A stretch of DNA of 32,000 bases, taken from assembly GCF_000619845.1 (NCBI RefSeq), contig NZ_JHUX01000003.1, positions 490,064-522,063 on the forward strand, given 5' to 3'. Origin of the DNA: Alkanindiges illinoisensis DSM 15370 (GTDB lineage Bacteria; Pseudomonadota; Gammaproteobacteria; Pseudomonadales; Moraxellaceae). The notes beneath the pieces are model-generated. The model was not told the DNA's origin and did not search any database. It worked only from the letters and a program-made list of their open reading frames with translations. Below are positions 26,385 to 32,000 of this stretch, one piece after another. The translations under genes and the position numbers were made by a program. Every line of letters starts with the position of its first letter. The stretch's first letter is position 1.

Positions 26385-27548
26385 TCAGTAGCCCAATTGA
26401 CGGCTGGCCAGGTCTTTCATGATTTCCTCTGCACCGCCACCAATCATGTTGACCTTAACCTCACGGTAAATGCGTTCAACCCGTGTACCGCGCATATAGC
26501 CCATGCCGCCTAGCGTTTGCACTGCTGCATCTGCACAAAACTGCATGGCACGTGTTGCCACATTTTTTAAAATACAGATTTGTGCCACCAGATCGGAACC
26601 TTGTTGGTCAGGCTGGCCCAGTTTCCAGGCTGTATCTTCCAGCAGTGCGCGTGTGGTTTGCAACTGGGTGGCCATATCCACCAGCTTATGCCGCATCACC
26701 TGATGATCCACCAGCCGCTTGCCAAAGGTTTTGCGATCCTTTGCCCAAGCCAGCGCATCTTCATAGCAGACCTTGGCAAACCCGTAGGACGAGGCAGCCA
26801 GCCAGAAGCGCTCCATATTGAAGTTTTGCATGATGACTAGAAAGCCCATGTTTTCCGGGCCAAGCAGATTGCTCACCGGAATACGACATTCATCAAAGTG
26901 CAGATGGGCTGTATCTGAAGCCCACCAGCCCATTTTATCCAGTGGGGATTTGGAAAGGCCCGGTGTGTTGCCTTCAACCAGCAGCATGGAAATTCCATTT
27001 GCGCCTTTAGCATCAGGGTCAGTGCGCACGGCAACCGAGTAGTAATCGGCACGAATACCGGAGGTAATAAAGGTTTTTTCACCGCTCACAATGTAGTGGT
27101 CGCCATCACGGACAGCACGGGTTTTAAGCGCAGCAACATCTGAGCCACCGCCGGGTTCGGTAATGGCCAGTGCCGAGATTTTCTCACCGGATAAAATCTG
27201 TGGAAGTACCCTGGCTTTTAATTCATCACTGCCGAAATTTTTAATAGGTGGCGCGCCAATGCTGTGTGACAGTAGGGACGCCAATAGACCACCTGAACTA
27301 CACTGCGCCAGCTCAATTGAGGCCAGCATGGTATAAAATGCATCGACATCAGGTGTGCCGCCGTAGGCTTCTGGATAACCCAGCCCTAACAGTCCAATAT
27401 CAGCAGCTTTCTTATACAACTCGCGTGGAAAGGTGCCAGCCTCGTCCCATTCGTTGACAAAGGGAGTAATTTCCTGCGCGGTAAACTTGCGGATGGTGTC
27501 GGCAAATGCGAGGTGGTCAGGCGTGTAGTACAGCGGGTTAGGATTCAT
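26385..27548 (-). CDS. Acyl-CoA dehydrogenase family protein
   Basis: 387 aa counted from ATG 27548 (MNPNPLYYTPDHLAFADTIRKFTAQEITPFVNEWDEAG). Typical ACAD blocks are present (ALAITEPGGGSDVAALKT, IYEGTNEI-equivalent IGGGAEEIMKDLASRQLG). The ORF-track start at 27635 is a TTG further upstream. Confidence 0.85.
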   Translation of the reverse strand: MNPNPLYYTPDHLAFADTIRKFTAQEITPFVNEWDEAGTFPRELYKKAADIGLLGLGYPEAYGGTPDVDAFYTMLASIELAQCSSGGLLASLLSHSIGAPPIKNFGSDELKARVLPQILSGEKISALAITEPGGGSDVAALKTRAVRDGDHYIVSGEKTFITSGIRADYYSVAVRTDPDAKGANGISMLLVEGNTPGLSKSPLDKMGWWASDTAHLHFDECRIPVSNLLGPENMGFLVIMQNFNMERFWLAASSYGFAKVCYEDALAWAKDRKTFGKRLVDHQVMRHKLVDMATQLQTTRALLEDTAWKLGQPDQQGSDLVAQICILKNVATRAMQFCADAAVQTLGGMGYMRGTRVERIYREVKVNMIGGGAEEIMKDLASRQLGY

Positions 27549-27703
27549 CAGGCAGTTTCCATTGCAAATTGCTTTCGATTCTGCCACGCCTGTTTTACGA
27601 ATGATTTGATCAAAATGCTCAAAAAAATCAGGCAAAATAGTGAATAGCTCTTTTTGAGCAAGTAGTCCATGCCGCTTTCTTGGGTATATTTTTGTTCAGT
27701 AAA

Positions 27704-27733
27704 TGCAAAAAGCTCACCGAAGTGAGCCTTTTG
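27704..27733 (-). terminator. Rho-independent terminator of rpsT
   Basis: The minus strand reads GGCTCAC-TTCG-GTGAGCT followed by TTTTTGCAT, i.e. a 6-7 bp GC-rich stem with a UUCG tetraloop. Confidence 0.8.
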
Positions 27734-27793
27734 AAAAATCATTTTTAGTGACGACTAGCATCACCAATAATGACTTTTTAGTGACTATGCAAA

Positions 27794-28063
27794 TTATTTG
27801 CTAGCCAATGCCTTAATATGGGCATTCAGACGGCTCTTATGACGAGCAGCCTTGTTTTTGTGAATAATGCCTTTGTCAGCCATGCGGTCGATAACCGGAA
27901 CAGCTTTCTTGTAGGCTTCGCTTGCTACAGCGTGTTCGCCAGCAGCAATTGCGTTCACTACTTTTTTGATGTAGGTACGAACCATGGAACGCAAGCTTGC
28001 GTTGTGTTGACGCGCTTTCACGTTTTGACGGGCGCGTTTTTTAGCCTGAGCAGAGTTTGCCAC
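27794..28063 (-). CDS. rpsT: 30S ribosomal protein S20
   Basis: [35 protein letters not shown]... is unmistakably S20. The start codon is GTG (plus-strand cac at 28061-28063), with GGAG 7 nt upstream. Confidence 0.95.
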   Translation of the reverse strand: MANSAQAKKRARQNVKARQHNASLRSMVRTYIKKVVNAIAAGEHAVASEAYKKAVPVIDRMADKGIIHKNKAARHKSRLNAHIKALASK

Positions 28064-28366
28064 TCGTGCACTCCTTGAAAAATAGATTAGTTATGGGCGG
28101 GCCTTGTTGCGTTGCTCATGTGTCCATCCACCATTAACACTGGATAATATGGCTACATGCGCATTTAGGTTGCTAACAACCCAGCCCGTAAACAAGTGGC
28201 GAATTCTGCCCAAAATGATGCCTAAAGTCAAGCCTGAATGCTATATAAGCGTGCAGTCTCAGCACTTTGCCACCAGATTTGAACATTATTTTAATCAATA
28301 AACCTTTATGCTGACATTCTGCTCTTGTATGATTCGGTAAAACAATAACATAGGCGATTTTTCCTT

Positions 28367-29098
28367 ATGACAGTGTTTCAGGCTGACTCACGGCAAAAAA
28401 GTGCTATTGTCATTGGAGCAACCGGGCTGGTTGGTTCTTTGCTGGTAGAGAAACTTCTAGCTTCCAGACATTATCGGACAATCTATCAGGTGGTGCGGCA
28501 AACACCTGCTGCACTGTTGGGCACGGCTCCCGAGCAGTCGCTGGAAACAATTGTCATTCCTGACTTTGGGCGGCTTGAAAAAATGCTGACCCGGCTGGAT
28601 TTACAGGACGCAGATGCCTTTAGCACACTGGGTACCACCTTGAAACAAGCAGGTAGCAAGCAACAGTTCAGTCAGGTTGATTTAACCTATAACCTGAATT
28701 TTGCCCAAATCGTCAAGGAACTGGGTGCACAACACTTTTTATTGCTGAGTGCTACCGGTGCTAAATCTGATTCCCCAATATTTTATAACCGGATTAAAGG
28801 CCAGCTTGAACGCGCTATTGAGCAGTTGTGTTTTGATCGTTTGTCCATTTTTCAGCCATCCCTGCTGCTAGGTCAGCATCGTGATCAGCGCTTGATGGAA
28901 AGCATGGCACAAAAAGCCTTTATACTGGGCCAGCATTTATTGCCTGCGGACTGGCGCTATCGTCCCATTGAGGCTGAGCGGGTAGCACAGGCCATGTATC
29001 TGACGGCCACATGCCTTACTACTGGCCAGATCAGTTATGGCAAAACTGTTTATTCCAACACCGATTTACTCAATATGACCCTGGAGACTCCTGCATGA
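28367..29098 (+). CDS. NAD(P)-binding Rossmann protein, YraR/HTATIP2-like atypical SDR
   Basis: IVIGATGLVGSLLVEKLL (GxxGxxG), and LGTTLKQAGSKQQFSQVDLTYNLNFA...GAQHFLLLSATGAKSDSPIFYNRIKGQLE...IFQPSLLLGQHRDQR parallels E. coli YraR as I recall it. Confidence 0.75.
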   Translation: MTVFQADSRQKSAIVIGATGLVGSLLVEKLLASRHYRTIYQVVRQTPAALLGTAPEQSLETIVIPDFGRLEKMLTRLDLQDADAFSTLGTTLKQAGSKQQFSQVDLTYNLNFAQIVKELGAQHFLLLSATGAKSDSPIFYNRIKGQLERAIEQLCFDRLSIFQPSLLLGQHRDQRLMESMAQKAFILGQHLLPADWRYRPIEAERVAQAMYLTATCLTTGQISYGKTVYSNTDLLNMTLETPA

Positions 29099-29616
29099 CC
29101 ACTGTAACCGTTGTAGCGCCTGATTTTGTAACCTGTGATTTACTGGATGACCATCCACAAACTCAGGTAATGAGCCCATCCATTGATGGTAAATCATTCA
29201 GGAATTTTGGTGGACGCAAGGCATTTGGTGGTGAAGTTGTAACAGTGAAATGTTTTGAGGACAACTCGCGGGTGAAGGAATTACTGGCCACAGAAGGCGC
29301 TGGCAAGGTACTGGTAGTGGATGGCGGTGCGTCCATGCGCTGTGCATTGCTGGGTGATTTGATTGGCGAAAGTGCCGTCAAGCATAACTGGGCTGGTGTG
29401 ATTGTGTATGGCTGTGTGCGGGATGTAGATGCTTTGGTGCAGCTTGATCTGGGTGTGCAGGCACTGGCAGCCATTCCACAAAAAAGTAACCGTAAGGGGG
29501 CGGGTGAAACTGGCCTGACCTTAAATTTTGGTGGTGTGAGTATTGAACCGGGTCATTATATTTATGCAGACAATAATGGCATTCTGGTGTCTGCTGAAAA
29601 ACTAACCGACTTATAG
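29095..29616 (+). CDS. rraA: RraA-family protein (regulator of RNase E activity A / HMG-CHA aldolase-oxaloacetate decarboxylase fold)
   Basis: MTTVTVVAPDFVTCDLLDDHP...FGGRKAFGGEVVTVKCFEDNSRVKELL...GKVLVVDGGAS.RCALLGD...NGWAG-like NWAGVIVYGCVRD. The ATG overlaps the upstream stop (ATGA). The ORF-track start at 29011 lies inside the upstream gene. Confidence 0.85.
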   Translation: MTTVTVVAPDFVTCDLLDDHPQTQVMSPSIDGKSFRNFGGRKAFGGEVVTVKCFEDNSRVKELLATEGAGKVLVVDGGASMRCALLGDLIGESAVKHNWAGVIVYGCVRDVDALVQLDLGVQALAAIPQKSNRKGAGETGLTLNFGGVSIEPGHYIYADNNGILVSAEKLTDL

Positions 29617-29679
29617 CGGCTCAGCAACTTGCCGCACTATAAACGCCATTTTTTACTAAAGAATTGAGTTGAGAAAATT

Positions 29680-30453
29680 ATGATCGTACATCAAGCCAAA
29701 GTCCTGCGTTCTGTGCTGGCCACCATTTTGGAGGGCGGGCGCGGGGTAATGGGCACGCCAAATCCCAATCAGCCAGCAAAACCTATTCGCCTGTATGACT
29801 TTGAAGCGTCACCGTATTGCCGTCGTGTGCGTGAAGTGCTTACCATGCTGAATCTGGATGTGGAAATTTATCCCTGCCCCAAAAAAGGCACGCGTTTTCG
29901 TCCGCAGGTCAAGCAACTAGCAGGTAAAACCCAGTTTCCATTTCTGGTAGATGAAAACACAGGCATCAAACTGCTGGAATCACAGGATATTATTGATTAT
30001 TTATTCAAAACTTATGGTAAGAATGGCAAAACGCCGAGTAAATACCAGAACCTACCCAAAATTCCAGTAGGCGGATTTTTAGTGACCATTGCTGGCGGAA
30101 TCAATGGCTTGATGGCAGAAAAAAACAATGTCCAAAAAGCTGTGCCAGACCAGTTGTTGGAGCTATGGAGCTTTGAAGGCAGTCCTTATACGCGTCTGGT
30201 GCGTGAGCGTCTGTCTGAACTGGAACTGCCTTATGTATTACATAATGTCGCCAAAGAGCGCTGGCAGGACATCGGGCCAGCCAAACTGCGCTTAAAGCCG
30301 GGTAAATATGTACCGATTGCTGGTGGCAAGCGTGCTGGTGTTTACGCCGTGCAGGGGCGCTTACAGGTGCCTTATCTGGTTGATCCCAATACAGGTATTA
30401 GTTTGTATGAGTCAAAAGATATTCTCGACTATCTGAACAAAACCTATGCTTAA
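29680..30453 (+). CDS. Protein with two tandem glutaredoxin/GST-N-terminal-like thioredoxin-fold domains
   Basis: Domain 1 is IRLYDFEASPYCRRVREVL...FPFLVDENTGIKLLESQDIIDYLFKTYG. Domain 2 is LELWSFEGSPYTRLVRERL...VPYLVDPNTGISLYESKDILDYLNKTYA. This is a clear internal duplication. Confidence 0.75.
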   Translation: MIVHQAKVLRSVLATILEGGRGVMGTPNPNQPAKPIRLYDFEASPYCRRVREVLTMLNLDVEIYPCPKKGTRFRPQVKQLAGKTQFPFLVDENTGIKLLESQDIIDYLFKTYGKNGKTPSKYQNLPKIPVGGFLVTIAGGINGLMAEKNNVQKAVPDQLLELWSFEGSPYTRLVRERLSELELPYVLHNVAKERWQDIGPAKLRLKPGKYVPIAGGKRAGVYAVQGRLQVPYLVDPNTGISLYESKDILDYLNKTYA

Positions 30454-30517
30454 CGCAAAATTGTTGCAAAATATGCCACATTAATGCAGTTTTCTGGTTA
30501 AAATAGCCGCCTTTTTC

Positions 30518-30552
30518 AAAAACGATGCATCATTCAGTTGCATCGTTTTTTA
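30518..30552 (+). terminator. Rho-independent terminator after the tandem-Grx gene
   Basis: AACGATGCA (30521-30529) pairs with TGCATCGTT (30539-30547) and is followed by TTTTTT. An A-run precedes the stem. Confidence 0.8.
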
Positions 30553-30667
30553 TTGAGCAGTCCATAATGCATACGTGTGTTTGATCACGCCTGCATTGCA
30601 AGCTCAGACCTGAAAGTGCAGCACTTGCACCGCGCTACCTGTAAAACCCGTCAGTGAGAGATTAGCC

Positions 30668-31213
30668 ATGAACCACCATGTTGATGTCATGATTAGTGAG
30701 CAACAAATTAAAGCACGAATCAAGGAGCTTGCCGCGCAAATTAATCAGGATTACCAGCATGCAGGTTCCAACCTGTTACTGATTGGCTTGTTGCGGGGTT
30801 CATTCATTTTTATGGCTGATTTGTGCCGTGAAATTACCGTATCGCATCAAGTGGATTTTATGACGGTGTCCAGTTATGGCAACAATACCACCAGCTCGCG
30901 TGATGTGAAAATTGTGCAGGATCTGGATGAAAGCATTGAAAATACGCATGTGCTGATTGTGGAAGACATCATTGATTCGGGTAATACCTTAAGTAAGGTA
31001 CGCGACCTGTTTTTACTGCGTAAACCTGCTTCTCTGGAAATTTGTACCTTAATTGACAAGCCCTCACGGCGTGAAGTTGAAGTGCCGGTTAAATATATTG
31101 GCTTTTCCATTCCCGACAAATTCATTGTGGGCTTTGGACTGGATTATGCACAGTTCTATCGTCACTTGCCGTATATTGGCATTGTGACGCTGGCTGAAAA
31201 TGCGAATGATTAA
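30668..31213 (+). CDS. hpt: Hypoxanthine(-guanine) phosphoribosyltransferase
   Basis: [20 protein letters not shown], the PRPP-binding loop [14 protein letters not shown], and [20 protein letters not shown]. Confidence 0.92.
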   Translation: MNHHVDVMISEQQIKARIKELAAQINQDYQHAGSNLLLIGLLRGSFIFMADLCREITVSHQVDFMTVSSYGNNTTSSRDVKIVQDLDESIENTHVLIVEDIIDSGNTLSKVRDLFLLRKPASLEICTLIDKPSRREVEVPVKYIGFSIPDKFIVGFGLDYAQFYRHLPYIGIVTLAENAND

Positions 31214-31247
31214 ACAGGTCTAATCAGTAAAGTTTAAATATGATTAA

Positions 31248-31277
31248 TAAAAGCCCTGATAACTATTGGGGTTTTTT
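31248..31277 (+). terminator. Possible weak terminator after hpt
   Basis: AAAAGCCC..(10-nt loop)..GGGGTTTTTT. The stem needs G-U pairs and A-T extension, with only three G-C pairs. Confidence 0.4.
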
Positions 31278-31415
31278 ATTGCATGGCTTTTAAGATCTTA
31301 GTTTTGCACCCATTGCTTTTGATAAAATTATTACCGAATAGCCCAAATATTAAACTTGACGGTTTATTAATGCTGTTATAGCGTGAAGTTATTCATATTA
31401 AATCTGGATATTTCA

Positions 31416-32000
31416 ATGACTAAGTCTGCCTCACGCACTCAGGACAACAATTTACAAAATCAGCCATCACCACAGCAAATGCCGCAGGACAGCTTATCTA
31501 CCATTCAAATTGATGGTAAAGAGCGCTATTTTGAACCAGCGCCAGCTGATATTAGTGTGGAAAATTTTAAAAAAGTAGTGACCAGTCGCCGTTCCGTTCG
31601 AAAGTTTACCAATACACAAATTCCCAAGGCTGTGCTGGATGACTGTCTGGACATGGCGTTACTGGCCCCGAATTCATCCAACCTGCAACCGTGGACATTT
31701 TATGTGGTGCGCAGCCCGGAGAAAAAATCCAAGCTGGTGAAAGCCTGTATGAGCCAGTTGGCTGCTAAAACCGCGGCTGAACTGATTGTCTGCGTGGCAC
31801 GTACTGACCGTCTGGATGAAATGGCCAAAAACAACCTGAAGTACTGGCCAATGCCAAAAACTCCAAAGCCAGTAAAGCAATATTACAGCCTGATTGCCTA
31901 TAATTATAAAACCGGCTTTTTAAATACCTTGGGCGCTGCCAAAAAAGTAGCATTTAGTATTGTTGGGCAATTTCAGCCCTTGCCGGTCACTGCGTTTACC
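31416..32000 (+). CDS. Nitroreductase-family protein; the C-terminus runs off the right edge of the window
   Basis: Not in the ORF track because there is no stop in the window. My translation from ATG 31416 reads MTKSASRTQDNNLQNQPSPQQ...VENFKKVVTSRRSVRKFTNTQIPKAVLDDCLDMALLAPNSSNLQPWTFYVV, the typical nitroreductase N-terminal signature, and the frame stays open for 195 codons to position 32000. Confidence 0.8.
   Translation, partial: MTKSASRTQDNNLQNQPSPQQMPQDSLSTIQIDGKERYFEPAPADISVENFKKVVTSRRSVRKFTNTQIPKAVLDDCLDMALLAPNSSNLQPWTFYVVRSPEKKSKLVKACMSQLAAKTAAELIVCVARTDRLDEMAKNNLKYWPMPKTPKPVKQYYSLIAYNYKTGFLNTLGAAKKVAFSIVGQFQPLPVTAFT

Noticed and set aside
28104-28301. A 65-aa TTG-initiated ORF in the rpsT/yraR-like intergenic region.
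   Set aside because: It has no Shine-Dalgarno and a Cys/His/Pro-rich random-looking sequence. It overlaps the expected rpsT promoter region and is most likely non-coding.
30454-30667. A possible purine riboswitch or PurR box in the hpt leader.
   Set aside because: I could not find the conserved purine-riboswitch junction sequences or a PurR palindrome. The only clear structure is the upstream gene's terminator.

Overview
The window is a chromosomal segment from a gammaproteobacterium, most likely Acinetobacter-like (Moraxellaceae). I base that on RecA sequence similarity recalled from memory, on the envelope cluster ending at lpxA without lpxB, and on the absence of a LexA box upstream of recA. 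Almost all of it is core housekeeping.

Gene content, left to right:
- ntrC (partial) and ntrB on the minus strand, divergent from rimO.
- The conserved cluster pyrH-frr-uppS-cdsA-dxr-rseP-bamA-skp-lpxD-fabZ-lpxA on the plus strand. It has four overlapping gene junctions and a strong bidirectional terminator.
- A minus-strand SIMPL/YggE-like protein, a stand-alone cpoB (ybgF) and a NAPE-PLD-like MBL hydrolase.
- An SRP (4.5S) RNA gene.
- recX-recA and hslR-yrfG on the minus strand.
- cysQ, then a histidine-phosphatase-family gene.
- A membrane-anchored Holliday-junction-resolvase-like protein, an acyl-CoA dehydrogenase and rpsT on the minus strand.
- A yraR-like/rraA pair, a tandem glutaredoxin/GST-N protein, hpt, and a partial nitroreductase.

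I found no CRISPR array, tRNA, rRNA, transposase, integrase or recognisable defence system, and no convincing novel multi-gene system.

The only stretch that looks accessory is about 18.9-20.2 kb. There, spacers of roughly 20% GC flank a monocistronic 170-codon ORF encoding a protein that is about 56% Gln+Asn (prion-like, disordered composition), directly upstream of ffs. This is my best candidate for something undescribed.

Secondary oddities:
- A conserved small ORF interrupted by a single in-frame TAG (25393-25395).
- A possible promoter -10 element inside the terminator hairpin just upstream of the resolvase-like gene.
- ATGA translational coupling of rraA to a yraR-like NAD(P)-binding gene.
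- A duplicated SPYC/SPYT thioredoxin-fold protein.

All coordinates come from hand indexing plus the supplied ORF track. RNA ends and start-codon choices are approximate.
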